From assembly GCA_946965045.2 (NCBI GenBank), contig OX337236.1, forward strand, positions 1,736,001-1,800,000: DNA of 64,000 nucleotides. Reading direction: 5' to 3'. This stretch comes from Epithemia pelagica. Taxonomy: Eukaryota; Protista; Bacillariophyta. Positions 51,325-64,000 of the stretch are shown here, piece after piece (within the stretch, counting starts at the first letter, position 1; every line of letters begins with the position of its first letter). Below the pieces are notes generated by a model that saw only the letters and a program-made list of their open reading frames with translations, was not told the origin of the DNA and did not search any database. The translations under genes were made by a program, and so were the position numbers.

Positions 51325-54300
51325 ATGGAAAAAGGAAGAAATGAGATTTTCCACCGGCGCGAGGAATGGATTGCAACGTCTGCTGGACCACATGATTGTT
51401 CTCCTCTGAGTCCAACCAGCGTAGCAGGTACAGCGGACAGGATGCGCAAGGCACTCGATCGACCATGCGAGGACGAAAGCCAGGAAGAACCGCTCTGTTC
51501 GGTTCTAAATACCGTAATTGATTTTGTCATGAAACCTCCGACAGCTCTGGAATTTGATGATTTTCTGGAACAACGAGAATTGGAACAGCGTCAGACTGGA
51601 GGAAACGGTGCCCGATCTCCCACCACCACCTCTGCCGTGAGTGATGCAGCGAACGATTCAAGAAACAAAGAGTCTCCGAGTAAGCCTTCATTGTTGGTTC
51701 CAGTGATTCGAGTGTTTGGTCCCATACTACGACGACAGAGCCAGGCAGATGGTGTCCATCATCCTCCTGTTCAGTCGGCCTGTTTGCACATTCATGGAGC
51801 CTTTCCCTATCTTCTGGCGCGACCTCGTGTTGCGGGCCCCGATGGATCGTTGCATCAAAAAATGCAAGAGACGGAATTCAGCTATAGTAGGCAGCAGCAT
51901 TTGGATTGGGATGATCCCGATGCGGTCGAACGATTTATTCCCCTTTTGAAAACAAATTTGGAAGAGTCGATTCAAGCGGCGCAATCGTCTTGGGGTAACA
52001 ATGGCACTGCGAATAACAATGAACGCAACACTACTACTTCCAGAAACGAGATCCCCAAAGTCTTTGTGATTCGTCGTTTGTCCGTGGTCATGGGACGTGG
52101 ATTCTACACGTATTGTCCGGGTCCACCGGCTCCCTTTGTACGAGTTGAATATTACAATCCGTCCGATCGCTGGAAAGTCAAACGTGCCCTCGAAAAAGGT
52201 TTGGACTCTCTACCCTTGTTTTATCATCCTGATCCCCTCCAGTATGACCCGTTTGGTCGTACACCACGACAAGAACACCCTGAACTGTCACCTGTTCACG
52301 ATGAAGCTGGCAGAGGGGAAATGCCGGAGACATTGCAGTTCCATTGCTATGAAGCTCACATTCCTTACACAATGCAGTTCTTCAAGGACTGGAACTTGGC
52401 TGGAATGTCGTACATTCACGTGGGACGAAAAGCAATGTTTCGTCTGCCATTGCCATTGTCGAACAGAAAGAATGATAACTGTCCAGCCATGGAGTCTGGT
52501 CACCGCATGAGATCTGGTATCCCCAATGAGTGTTTATTCCTGCAATCAAATACTTCTGTAGATCTTCTCTGGCCCGGAGAACATACATCTCAACAGTCAC
52601 AATGCATGATTGAAGAAATCGAACTCTCTGGTAGTTCATTCAATAGTCCTGTGGCACCGCAATCTTCCCTGGGTCAGTTTCCAATGCAGCAAACACGACT
52701 TAATAGCAGCAACCAATCTTCGTTCATTGACAGTGACGGCTCCGATCGAAAGTCCACGCCACGGGTGCGACATCGTCCACTCGAGAAAGAGACGAGCTGC
52801 GATGTGGAATTAGATATTTCAGTGGATCAGATTTTGAATGTTTTGGATGTCCTGAAAGAGCTTCCCGAGGATAAACAAGAGCGTCAACGAATCCACTGGC
52901 GTGCAGTCCCAAGTCTTCGTGAGATATGGAAACAAGAACGTTTGCGCATGTCTCGACTCTTAACTCCCGGGAATGATTTTCTCAGCGGCACCCAAGAACA
53001 GAATCCGCCTCCACTAACTCTCAGCGTAAAGGGAAAAGATACTCCCATGCCAGGTACTCAATTGGCTGTGGAAGGCATGAAACGTCTGCTGAGAGTTTCC
53101 GACGGTCTAGAAGAAAATTATGCTCGGGCGATGAAACAAATCGTTCAGCGTTACTCGGAAAAGGTGGATTGGATCGATGAGAGATTGAAGCAACAGCTTC
53201 AAGCCACTTCTTCTGGTCAAACAGTTTTGACTCCCACCTTTGACGAGGCTGTCACAGCACTCCGAGGGTTGGCTTCAGACAATGAGGAGAGTGAGGACGA
53301 GGTAGTCATGGTCACAGAATCGGCAATGTCACAACAGCTTAGTCAAAGTTCTTTGGTTGACCTCAATTTCGACAGCAGAGTCAAGTTTGACGAATCGACG
53401 GAAATGTATTACAACCCTTCAAAAAGGGGGATCAGCCAAGAACCTGCCGACGATTATATATTCAGCCAACTGGTGGACCAAGGGGAGTCCGTTGTACAGG
53501 GCCCGTTCGCAAACATTGATGACTTTATTGATCCCGAAACTTTGAGACCTTTTGAAACCATTGAAGATGATGGAGATAGTGTCCTTGATGGTGACAGCAG
53601 TAGAAATGATCCTCACTTGTCTCAAGAGGAGCTAATGGAAAAAGAACTCTCAGTCATGGCAACGCAAACACTAGAACTCGGCAATGAACCCCATGCTGAC
53701 TGCAAGAAGACGTCCTCCGCAACAGACGACGTATCTTCAGGCCAAGAGACTGATGGGTGTGCTGCCGAATATGACTTGAACTCAATTTCGAGCGAAGACA
53801 TCATGTTTGGTGGGGTTTCGAAATCCAGAAGAAGTGACGCACCAACCAAACCATTTTCGCCAGCTCGTAGCGGTTCTGACCTACCTGTTCCCAGCGGAAC
53901 GGAGCCAAGAAATGCTAAGCTTCCTCCGGTTAGAAAGGACGTCCTTTCGACTGGGATTTCCACGGCTTTACTTCCATTGCCGCCAAAGAAGAAAACACCC
54001 AATTGGATGAAGCATATGGCGGTCTACTCTGCAGAACGAAAAAGCGCCAGAGGAGCGACTAAGCATGGATGGTTTTCAGGTCGCGTAAACAGAGGAGGTT
54101 ATGCCAGCTTAACTCGTTGCCCCCCTTCTCGGAGGCAAGTCGTGTCCTGGCTTTCGAAGCAATCACAAAAACGCAAAAAGGAAATATCACCTCTTCCTCG
54201 AAAGAAAGCTAAATCGGAAAGTAGACGCGTTGGTGCCAAAGATAATGATCACCTGTCGTCCTTGGCAATTGACGGAAACCCGAGGAAACTTGTTGTTCAA

Positions 54301-57300
54301 GAACATAATACCGGAGATGACGGAGCAGATGACAAAATTTACGGAAAGCAAGTGGAGGAAGTAGAATGGTGTTCCAGTCAGCAAATGTCCCAATCTGAAA
54401 CACCACAAGTTGGAAAGATAAGAAAGGATAAAGATGAAGAAAAGATGAACAACTGTCTTGAAGACAGAAAGCATTCGCATCAAAGTTCACCCACACAAGA
54501 ATCCCTTCGTGATGAACTTCTCAGTTCCTCCATTAGTCGAACAACACCAATTTCAGAGACTGCGGTCGATCAGGAAGCTCTGGGTGGAATTGGACAACAA
54601 GGGGGTAAACTATGGGTGGAAGGGGGTGGACGTCTTAAGGCTCAGACTAAACCGTCGAATGGTGCAGGTGATGGGTACTTGCCTACTCCTTTGACTGTGA
54701 TGTCGATTGAGGTACACGTTCAATGTAGAACTGGGAGGGCGGGCGTTAACGACTCGAAACAAATCGCTATGGTTCCGGATTCAGATAAAGACCCCGTTGC
54801 TGCCGTGGTCTTTGTTGTTGCCTTGGATCCAGGTGCTGGTGAAACACTCCAAATCATCGTAAGTGCGAAAACTTCGTAATCTCATCGTATACTTTACTTT
54901 ACTTACTATTAGCCACCAGGAGCGAGGAGTGATATTCGTTCCTAGTGAGAATGAACTAAAAGCAGCTGAGAAACAGGAGGGCGGAAGAATGAAGCTTGTT
55001 CAGGCTCTGAAGCGCTCTGTACCGTCTCGGTCTATGGGATCTTCAGCACCGCTGGTTGTTGATTGTGTCAGTGACGAACGTAGTCTTTTGTTCGAAATAG
55101 CAGCTAAAGTGACAAAGACTGATCCGGATATGCTAATTAGTTGGGATACCCAAGGATTGGGCATTGGTTACCTTGTTGAGCGTGGGGCAGCTGTCAGCAA
55201 GATGTCTCAAGAGGGGAGAGAAACCGCTGAAATAGACATGGTGGAACTTTTGGGCAGATGTAGAAAAAGTGACGAAGCCTCCCATGGATCGGGGGCAGGG
55301 CTGTATGATTCTTTGACAAATAAAACATCAGCTGGGACACCTTCGCATGCTAGTAGCAACCAATGGAAAGGGAGTGGTTTGGGTTCTGAATGGGACGATC
55401 GTGTGGGAGCCGGGGCAGCGGCGGCATCTATTGCCGGAAGACTAATTTTCGCAGCCTGGAAGATCGTCGCGGAAGAGGTTAAACACGCCAATGTGTCGTA
55501 TCAGCCAGCTGTCGTTTCAGCTGTTCTAGGCTGTCGTATTCCGTTTCATGGGGATCTTCGCTTAACGCAATGGTATGGGCATGACTCCGGGAGGGAAAGG
55601 TGGAGAGTTGTTCATCATCGTCTTGTACAAGCGACGGCGAGTCTTTTACTTTTTGACGCTCTGGATATAATCGGACGGGCGGGTGAAGCTGCGCGATTGA
55701 GTGGTGTTGAGTTTTCCCAGTCTTTTCCTGGCATAAGAGGGAGTCAATAGTGAGTTTATCTGCAAAGAGTAATGTGGATGGATATTCTTGGTGCCTAATG
55801 TTTTTCCTGTTCACTCTGCTTCGGTTCAACAGCAAGGTAGAGGGAGTTTTGCTGAGAGCACTTCAAAGTTTGAACTCAGAAGAAAGAGGTTCAAAGAAAG
55901 GCCAGAGAGCCAAGATGACAATGGAGAGCAACAGCAGCAGAGGAACGGAGGCCTTTTCGCTCAGCGATTCGACAAAGTCTCACACTCAAAGTCCATGGAA
56001 AGCAAGGCGGCATCCTCCAATTCGAGATAGTCACCTGGCAGATCACACCAAACCTTGTCATGATTTGAACGATCGGGCCTACTTCTTCTATTCACCGTCA
56101 CTGCAAGATACAGACCGTCAAGAGGCTCTTGAAGTCCAAGCTCTCACCCTTGAACCTGAGTCCGCCCACTACGAAGACCCAATTGTTGTGTGTGACTTCA
56201 CGGCCTTGTATCCTTCCCTTGTTATTGCTTACAACCTTTGCTACTCGACCTGTGCTGGTCGCCTTGAATATCACAGCACGAGGCGTGAAATGCGCACTGA
56301 AGGAAGAACCACAGGCAAACTTGGACCTTTCTCCTACCCAGAAGGTAAGACCGCTACAACAATGACGCATCATTTGAAGTCTTTGAGTTCACAAGATGAA
56401 GGAAAGGATCGGATGTATGTCGTTCCAACGGTGAGTTGAACCGAGCGAAATCTGAGAAAGTTCTTTATTCATCTCATTTTATCTGGTTAAGGGGACTATG
56501 TATGTTTCTGAGTCAGTTGTAAAAGGAGTCCTGCCACAAGTATTGGATGAGATGCTGTCAACTCGTGCCATGCTAAAAAAGGCGGCAAAAGAATACAAAC
56601 GGCTTATTCCAGATCTCTCTCCTTCAATTTTGAGACAGTTGGAAGCGCGTCAACTAGCACTAAAATATGTTGCGAATGTAACATATGGGTATACATCCGC
56701 GACGTTCTCTGGTCGTTGTGCCATGCCTTTATTGGCTGACACCATCGTTGAATGCGGTAGAAGAACGTTGAAAAATGCTATTAATCTGGCGAACACTTGG
56801 GGCTCTGACCCCGACAATAAATGGACTGGGTGCAAAGTCCTGTATGGAGACACAGACTCAGTTTTTGTGAGACTTCCAGGGCGGTCAGTCCAAGAGGCTT
56901 TTCGTTTCGGCGAAGAGTTCTGCAAAGTCGTCACCTCCAATAATCCTCCACCTGTTCAACTGAAACTGGAGAAGGTTTACCTTGGATCGATACTACAAAC
57001 AAAAAAGAAATACTGCGGGATGAAATATGAATCTCCAAGGCAACCAAAGCCAACATTTGAAGCCAAAGGTATCGAAACTGTGCGAAGAGACCAATGTGCA
57101 TTGACTCAGAAGATTCTTCGGAACAGCCTTGTGACTCTTTTTAGCAAAGGAACACCGGCTCTTCGACGATACTTGAATCGTCAGTGGTCGCTGATCTTAT
57201 CTGGACAGCTCCCAGTTTCCGATTTTATATTGACTGGAAGGGTCCGAAGCAGGTACAGGGGAACTGGAATTGGGCCAGTCCAGGCCGTCCTTGCCAGAAG

Positions 57301-58091
57301 ATTGGCAGAGGCCGACCCCGGAAGAGTAATGCGCCACAAGGAGCGCATTGCATTTGTAATTGTGGCAACTCCCGGAAGGTAAGGCGAAGAGAGAGAGAGA
57401 GACAGGGAGCAAAGGCCATTCGAACTGATGCTGACATGTTTTCAGAAACTTCCGGCTTCGTGACGGGGTGCTCACACCCACCGAACTATTGGAGCAGTGG
57501 GACGCTTACGTTCTGAATACAACATACTACATAACCAAGCATGTAAATCCAGCTCTCCAGCGCTGTCTCGGGCTGGAGCCCCACAAAATAGATGTTAATT
57601 CATGGTACGATTCAATGCCCAAACCGCGACGACGAATTCATTTCTGGCCCACAACCGCAACAGGAAGCGTCGGTGCCCTGTCCAGATTTTTCGCGAACTC
57701 AAGCTGTGTGTTGTGTGGAGGCAAAGGCACCGTTCAAGGGACATCAAAGGTCGCAGTGTGCGACGGCTGCAAATCGAACGGGTTTGATGCGATCTTAGAA
57801 GCTTTTCGCCGCCTCAATATAGCACAAAAAGAAGCTCACTCTTTGGCGCAACAGTGTGCAAGGTGCAACATTGGATTCGAAGATGCAACAACGTATGCAA
57901 CAATACGCCCAGCTCGAAAGAAGAAGCAGTCCTCTTTCATCAGCGCACCTTGTTCTCATCCCGGCGTCTTTACCCCTCTAGCGAACTGTTCTTGTATTGA
58001 CTGTCCTGTGACCTTTAAGCGGCATAGAGTGCGTGAATCCGAATACGAAGCTTTAGAACTTTGCAAAACTCTTGGCGCAGATGAATGGTAA
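51325..58091 (+). CDS. REV3: DNA polymerase zeta catalytic subunit; exons 51325-54858, 54920-55749, 55833-56430, 56492-57378, 57446-58091
   Basis: VIRVFG, HIHGAFPY, YEAHIPYTMQFFKDWNL, DFTALYPS, KYVANVTYGY, YGDTDS, KKKYCG, KGIETVRRD, and C-terminal CysA/CysB motifs. Four GT-AG introns keep the frame. Confidence 0.95.
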
Positions 58092-58155
58092 ATCTGCGCC
58101 GGGTCGAACTCAACGATAGTTTCAGTGATTTTCATGTCCGAGAAAATCCATACCG

Positions 58156-60579
58156 CTAGTACTGTTGATATGCGCGGTGTGCTTTTATTTCCCTCAGGAG
58201 ACGCGTGGTTCGTTGGTCAAAGTCTACAAATGGTTTCAGTTGCTCGACCACGTTGAAAAGTTGGGCAGATTTGGAGGGAGGGTGCTGTCCTCGAACGAAG
58301 CCAAAAAGAGCTGAATTCAGTAAGTCTGTGGAAGGCGTTGCGCTATGGTTACCTCGGCGATAATCATGGATCAGAAGATTGGAGTAGTATTCCAAACCAT
58401 CCATGTCTCCGATACGGGCGCATGCTGAAATCATGCTTCCATACATAATAGTGTCAGGAGTAGCAACACGGATTCCCGACATGTACCTTTCGTACGCTTC
58501 GTCAAAAATTTCCTTGGCATGATTCAACCAGCCTTTCTGACCGCTACGACACCACACCGTTATGACTCCCGTATAGTGCGCGGCGCCAGGTGTAAGAAAT
58601 GTTTGCCCTTTTTCAGAACGTCGTTGCATCTCCAACAAAAGCCGTTCCGCCCGTTGGGGAGCATCTAGATCACGGCTCCTCATTATCCACGAATGAATTG
58701 CTCGTTTGTACGAATCTTGGTCCAGAAGAGGGAAAGGGAGTCCGAGGGACCGTTCTGCTTCACTAATGATTCGGAGCAACTTTTCTGTATCAAGGGGAGC
58801 GTCTCTTGATGTCTTGTGCTGGTTACGTTCTTTTTCTTGCTGTCGTCGGTCGGCCAATCGTTCAAGAACCAAATTGATTACTCGTGTGCTTGGAATGAGG
58901 CTCTGATGACCCGACTTGGCCAGGCCAATTAAATGGACAATCCACGCCGCAGCCTTGCGCCCACCGTTGTTATCCTCACTGAGAAGAAGGCTTTCCACTA
59001 CAGCCTCATAATGGTTAATCTTTGGGGCTTCATTCTCTCGAGGATTCTGGTGGGCGTCTCGTTCCATTTCCACCAAGAGTTCTTCGGCCTCTTGCGGATT
59101 CATTCTTGCAACATTAAGTTGAAGCAGAGCCCTTTTGACATGCGTGTTGGGGAGAAATCGAGCCTCTTGGAACTCGGTTTGCATATTTTGAAGCATTGCG
59201 TGCACCTGCTCCGCAAGGGAAACCTGTTCCAACCTCGCCAGTGTCATGATAAGGTACGCGTACATGGACGAATCCAGACGCGGCCGACCACCGTGCTCCA
59301 TGGCTGTTCGAAGAATACGGTGTTGATTTTCCGCAAGTTCTATTTCATGAAGAAAGTTGATTGCCCGCTGGCAAGCTTCATCGCTACTATCTTGCTCTAA
59401 AATGTTGCAAAAAGCGAAGAACATGATCCGATAAGAAACAAAATCGGGGTACACATCTTCGTTGATAAGACCTTGATCCATATCATAAAAAATTCTTTCC
59501 GCTTTCTGTACATCTTGTATTGTTTTTCGGCTACAGAAGATTTCAAGAATTGAGTTGTACATCTTCGTATTGGGACGACAATTGATTACGCCTTTTTCGG
59601 ACAAGTCGTTCATAGTTCCCAAGAGACGAAGTGTGCGCTGCACAATGTCATTCCGTTGACTTTTTGCCCAGGTTCGTAGGAGTAAATGAAAGGTGTAGGT
59701 GTCTGGTCTTACTATTTGTTCCACCTGTCTTGAGGAATTCATGTCATCCATTGGAACGGCGGGTCCTCCAAGCATGTCCGTATCGCTCAACATGTCCGCC
59801 ATTGCCTCTTCACAAACAAGAGGCAAATCCATCTTTTGCTGAAAAGTTTTAGCCGAGTTAATTGCAGCTTGAATAATGAGACTGTTGTATGTTGTGGTTG
59901 TGACTGGAATTCGCATGCGACGACATTCCTTGACCCACTTGAGCATTCGCGAAACACTCGGTAGCTGTCCCTCGTCAATCGTGTCCTTTGAATCAAAAAG
60001 CTTCGATCCCGATAAAGGCATATTGCTTGAAAGAAGTGTTTTCCAGTGCTGAAGCACCGTCGTCAAGGCGGTTTTGGCCTTTGTGGCACGAAATTCATTG
60101 ATGGCCGCGTCTTCTTCAGGGTACCAAATCAAGTGGAGGGCCAGACGATGCATCAAGGTCATTGATTCGAGCACTCCTTGAACGGTATTTTGGCGTGCGC
60201 AAAAGAGAATTACACTATACCATTCTACTAGTAGCTCGTACGAGATGCTGGGGCTTGATTCGGCATCGAGTCCCATGAAATACTCTCCTAGTGCCTGCCA
60301 ATCCTGCAACGTTCGTTTGGGAGGGTCCACATCCAAAATAGTCCGTACCGCGTCGTCATGAGAAGTCGTACTAAGAAATCTTGCTGCGGGCGTATCGATT
60401 GCACATCTTGGTGAGCAGGGGTAAAAAATTCTGGGAATGCATGATGCAGATACAGTCGTGAAATGTGCCAATGGGACCGTCGATGGAAGATATGGGACTT
60501 TGTTGTCAATAGTGAATGATCCCAAGCCTCGATGAACCCCTCCTCTCACATATCGTTCGATGGAAGCTCTCCGATACAT
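58156..60579 (-). CDS. Pentatricopeptide repeat (PPR) protein, probably organellar
   Basis: PPR units VTTTTYNSLI, PDTYTFHLLLRTW, PNTKMYNSIL, PDFVSY, PGAAHYTGVITVW, PDTIMYGSMISAC. R-rich N-terminus from ATG 60579. Confidence 0.85.
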   Translation of the reverse strand: MYRRASIERYVRGGVHRGLGSFTIDNKVPYLPSTVPLAHFTTVSASCIPRIFYPCSPRCAIDTPAARFLSTTSHDDAVRTILDVDPPKRTLQDWQALGEYFMGLDAESSPSISYELLVEWYSVILFCARQNTVQGVLESMTLMHRLALHLIWYPEEDAAINEFRATKAKTALTTVLQHWKTLLSSNMPLSGSKLFDSKDTIDEGQLPSVSRMLKWVKECRRMRIPVTTTTYNSLIIQAAINSAKTFQQKMDLPLVCEEAMADMLSDTDMLGGPAVPMDDMNSSRQVEQIVRPDTYTFHLLLRTWAKSQRNDIVQRTLRLLGTMNDLSEKGVINCRPNTKMYNSILEIFCSRKTIQDVQKAERIFYDMDQGLINEDVYPDFVSYRIMFFAFCNILEQDSSDEACQRAINFLHEIELAENQHRILRTAMEHGGRPRLDSSMYAYLIMTLARLEQVSLAEQVHAMLQNMQTEFQEARFLPNTHVKRALLQLNVARMNPQEAEELLVEMERDAHQNPRENEAPKINHYEAVVESLLLSEDNNGGRKAAAWIVHLIGLAKSGHQSLIPSTRVINLVLERLADRRQQEKERNQHKTSRDAPLDTEKLLRIISEAERSLGLPFPLLDQDSYKRAIHSWIMRSRDLDAPQRAERLLLEMQRRSEKGQTFLTPGAAHYTGVITVWCRSGQKGWLNHAKEIFDEAYERYMSGIRVATPDTIMYGSMISACARIGDMDGLEYYSNLLIHDYRRGNHSATPSTDLLNSALFGFVRGQHPPSKSAQLFNVVEQLKPFVDFDQRTTRLLREIKAHRAYQQY

Positions 60580-60872
60580 TCCCAAGATAATCAGTGTCTC
60601 CAGAACCGTCGTCGTCAGCCGTCATCGAATGTATGATGATATCGAAAGATTTTTGATGGACAGAAACGAGAATCCTATTTAGATTGGTCTCGAAAACTAT
60701 GCATGGCAGTGCTCGGCTATCGACTATGGAAGCTAGGCGTATGTGAAAGCGTATCTAGTCTTGCTTCTGCGATGACCAGAAAGGGTCCTATAGAAGGGGT
60801 AAAGAATGACCATAAAGCCAAAAGGGCCATGTAAAACATGCAAATACTCTCAAAGCAGAGTCTTGGACCAGT

Positions 60873-61814
60873 TCACAAGGACTCGTAGTCTCGGCGACGA
60901 CTGTACCACATTCGACATCCACAAACTGCGAATAGTCCACCCACAACGAGGATGGCAAGTACAAGGAACGGCAGTTCTTCGTGAGAACCGGCAACACACT
61001 GATTGGATCGACAGATTAAATCTCCCTGACATGCTTCGTCTTGGCTTTGACAGCCCATGGCTTGTTCCCAACATTTGCAGTCCTCCGTACACAAGCTTTC
61101 CAAATAGTCGGACATATTTCGCGGACCCGAATCGCATTGATAGAGGAGACGTAGTTTTAGGATATCAAGGTCGGTGGGGCCGTCTAGTTGCCCCAGAGTC
61201 ACTCCCGGTGGACCACGCATGGCCCCGCTGCCAGTGGAAAAGTCGTCGGCGTAGTCGTGCATGAGAGAACCATAGTCATAGGGACTTTCGAGATTGTCGA
61301 CAATCACTCGTTTGGCAAAATAGAATTCAAAGCCTGGCCACACATTCTCCCACACCATGTCAATGTAGTCATCGCAATCCCACCGCGTAGACTCATGCCA
61401 AAACCCCAATGCATGGAAAAGTAAATGCAAAGCTGTTCCCTTGTCCATATCCTTCACAGCCAGGTTCAAGTCTTGGACGTCGACCTGTTGGCCCACATAC
61501 GACCAATACGATGGATACCCGGCAAAATGGCCCTCTTGATCGATATTTTTTGTTATGAAACGAAGCTGTGGAACCAGATCCGTGTCATTGGTCTCTTGAA
61601 AGTTGATCACTCCACTACGTGTCTCAATTTCACGAAGTGCTTCCTCCACAAGAGTCTTGTTGGCAATGAATCCTTCCTCATATCGATAAGGAATGAAGGC
61701 AACATTAAATTCGCGGGCAGGCCAACGATTAAAGCGATGACCTGGTAACGCCCCATCATCTTTCAGGATTCCCTTGGAAATAAGATCCGAAGTGTAGTCT
61801 GGACCGTACGCCTC
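60873..61814 (-). CDS. Astacin-like (M12A) domain + Cys-rich region + C-terminal TM; catalytic Glu lost; 5' exon unresolved
   Basis: W-P...IPY, GYWSYVG-like YWSYVG, HLLFHALGFWHE, YDYGSLMH and DILKLRLLYQC. The frame is open back to a TAG acceptor at 61815-61817. TM PFLVLAILVVGGLFAVCG. Confidence 0.75.
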   Translation of the reverse strand, partial: EAYGPDYTSDLISKGILKDDGALPGHRFNRWPAREFNVAFIPYRYEEGFIANKTLVEEALREIETRSGVINFQETNDTDLVPQLRFITKNIDQEGHFAGYPSYWSYVGQQVDVQDLNLAVKDMDKGTALHLLFHALGFWHESTRWDCDDYIDMVWENVWPGFEFYFAKRVIVDNLESPYDYGSLMHDYADDFSTGSGAMRGPPGVTLGQLDGPTDLDILKLRLLYQCDSGPRNMSDYLESLCTEDCKCWEQAMGCQSQDEACQGDLICRSNQCVAGSHEELPFLVLAILVVGGLFAVCGCRMWYSRRRDYESL

Positions 61815-62404
61815 CTAGATTTAACTACGAACAGCCACGATATCGTATTCTATCCGCTTTATGTTTGTCACAACCTGATGATTTCAGTCGTATATTTCAA
61901 GCCTTGTGCCATACATGAAGTTCATGCCAGATCAAAAGATACCTTTTTGAGATTTGAGATGTCAGTGAGATTCTTTGATGACGACAGCTATTGCTAGCTA
62001 GTGGCACTATGGGGGTAAGTGGTAATAGGGCATAGCATCAATAGGATAGCCTAAGTAACACTATTCCCCGAGCATGAATACATAAAAAAGATCAAACATT
62101 CATCCATGGCAAATAGCTAGATTTATTGTCAAATGCGGGAGCTCTGGATCAAATGTGTCGACTTCATCCGTCATATGGGTGTTACCGAATCATTATAGAT
62201 AATGAAGGTCTTGTCCTCCCGAGCAAGTCACAAAAGACCGTTGCGGTGGCTCTTCGTGGAGTTTCGTACTTTGGAAAGATGACGTTGCATGAATCATCCT
62301 TCACACCCTTGACCGTGGGTTTTCGTCCCATTGGTGCTCCTATTGAATGAGACTTCTTCTCATACCAAGATGCGAAGCCACACATGGCTTGACCGATCGG
62401 CAAA

Positions 62405-64000
62405 CTACGGATCACTCAAAAGGGGAACTTTGGATTCTGCCATCTTCTTGGATTTGGAGTGTGGCGAAGAAGGCAAACACGCATATGTACAGCAAAGTCC
62501 CAAGAGCAAAACCTCAATTCCATCCAACACCCTTCCTGCCTTGGGATGATCAATCCATAATAAACAAAGAGATATACCACAAAGACCGATACCCCCCAAT
62601 CGAATCCGAAGCAAGTACTGCAGTCTCTGCGTCCAAGCTTGATTCAAGCCTTCCCGTTTCTTCCAATCTTCGTCTGCTTGAAATTCGGCTTCGAAAGAGG
62701 CAGCTTGGGCATCCATATCGGCCATTAGTTTGGCCACATGCTCTTCTCCTCGGTCCTCAATGATTTCAAGTTCCATACTCCGCCGAAGAACGGGATCTTT
62801 GAGCGTCTGAATAAGGTGTCTTTTCCCGCGTTGTCGCTGCGTCTCACCGGCCATGAGGCGTCGTTGCAATCCCGAAAGTGCCATGCACGAAAGTGCAATG
62901 TACAACCATAGGACGATATCCGCCACTGGCATATCCCACTGAAATTCCATCTCTTCCATCTTTTCAGCAGCTGCATCCAGTGCTCGACGACAGGACTGCG
63001 ACAGTAGCATATCCGAACGATAGAGTTGCCGAATGCATTCACTCTTTTCCACTCCTCCCACCGAGAATGGAAACTCTGGAAGCGGATTCAGCGATTTGGG
63101 TTCCATACCTACCTTCGCCACAGCCTGGTCCAAAACTTGATCCAAAATGTCCACGACCTCGTTGGTTTGGGACCGTCCCTCTGGAGATGACAAGACAGCC
63201 TCGTGGATCATTGTTCGGAGTTCTTCGATTGAGAATTCACCCACCGGTACATGGACTTGTTCTGGCAAGAGGATCAGTTTGCCATCCAGTAAGCCTGCTT
63301 TCTCGTTCGCGAAACTCACAGCAATCAACACTTCAAAGAGAGATGACAGAAAGACCAACATTGCCCGAGATCGCACACTCAAAGTAGAGATGAATCGCGA
63401 GTTGACATGGGGTCTTCCCTGTAGGGCAAATTCATACCGCGAACTGCCCTGAGGGTTTTGTGCTATTCGATAATCGTTGAATATTTGTTGCATGGATAAT
63501 GCGATTACATCGGCCATGACTTCTTTCTTTTCATTGAGAGTATCCGGTTGAGATACGATCATATGGGGTATCGGGCAGGAACTCGAATACATGAATGGAC
63601 TGATCAAGGAGAAGAACGGATTGGGAATCACATGCTCGGCACAATCCTTATAGTCTTGCATCAATAACAGAGATAGAAATTTGGCTTTGCCCTTGGAGTC
63701 CACCTGATCTTTGAAGATTCCAAAACGATACATGGAGGGCAATTTGCAAAAGGCATCGACATCTACTCGACACTGATCCACCAACGTAAGGGATAATTTG
63801 TGAGCATTCTCCATATGACGCTTAATTGCTTTTGGGTTTCCAATGTGGTGGAGAACGTAGGAGCATAGAAACAATCATGAGTGCAAGGGAGAGCGACGAC
63901 CATTACGCGGAAGTAGCACAACATGTGCGTTACGACGTTTGGATAATCTCTCACGTACCACTGTCTGTTTCGGCAAGGTGGGAAGACCCAATGTTTGTAC
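62405..64000 (-). CDS. Hypothetical helical protein, 5' end beyond the window; probable intron 63773-63958
   Basis: Long ORF 62405-63874. A phase-0 gtacgt donor at 63958 and a cag acceptor at 63773 join VQTLGLPTLPKQTV to CRVDVDAF. No domain recognised. Confidence 0.55.

Noticed and set aside
14738-58091. PolB plus cysteine protease as a Polinton or giant-virus insertion
   Set aside because: The polymerase is cellular REV3 with four introns and CysA/B motifs, 24-35 kb from the peptidases. The proteases are papain-type. No integrase, capsid or packaging ATPase was seen.

Overview
This is eukaryotic nuclear DNA: gene-dense, with short GT-AG introns (about 60-310 nt) and low-complexity Q/S/T/H tracts. 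The gene families point to a pennate diatom (inference, no search run). About 27 protein-coding loci are supported: the 3' end of an RlmN-like gene, a hydroxylysine-kinase/ITPase fusion, an ankyrin+ARM protein, a PP2C, two orphan GT-like paralogues, three DUF3605/GIG1 genes, two papain-like peptidases, a GT25 fusion, bacterial-type cobyric acid synthase (cobQ), DUF2306, a STAND ATPase-TPR gene with an in-frame stop, an LRR protein, a Methyltransf_16 protein, a claudin-like protein, catalase, a COA3-like protein, REV3, a PPR protein, a probably inactive astacin, and several hypotheticals. The main structural finding is that 11894-16489 (blocks A-B-C) recurs inverted at about 25392-29310, but circularly permuted (A'-C'-B'). 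The copy has a novel C-end/A-start junction and an 8-bp direct repeat at its two ends, which fits gene duplication through a circular DNA intermediate. Just left of the copy is a symmetric 602-bp foldback/MITE-like element. No tRNA, rRNA or CRISPR array could be supported. Exon models and alignments were done by eye.
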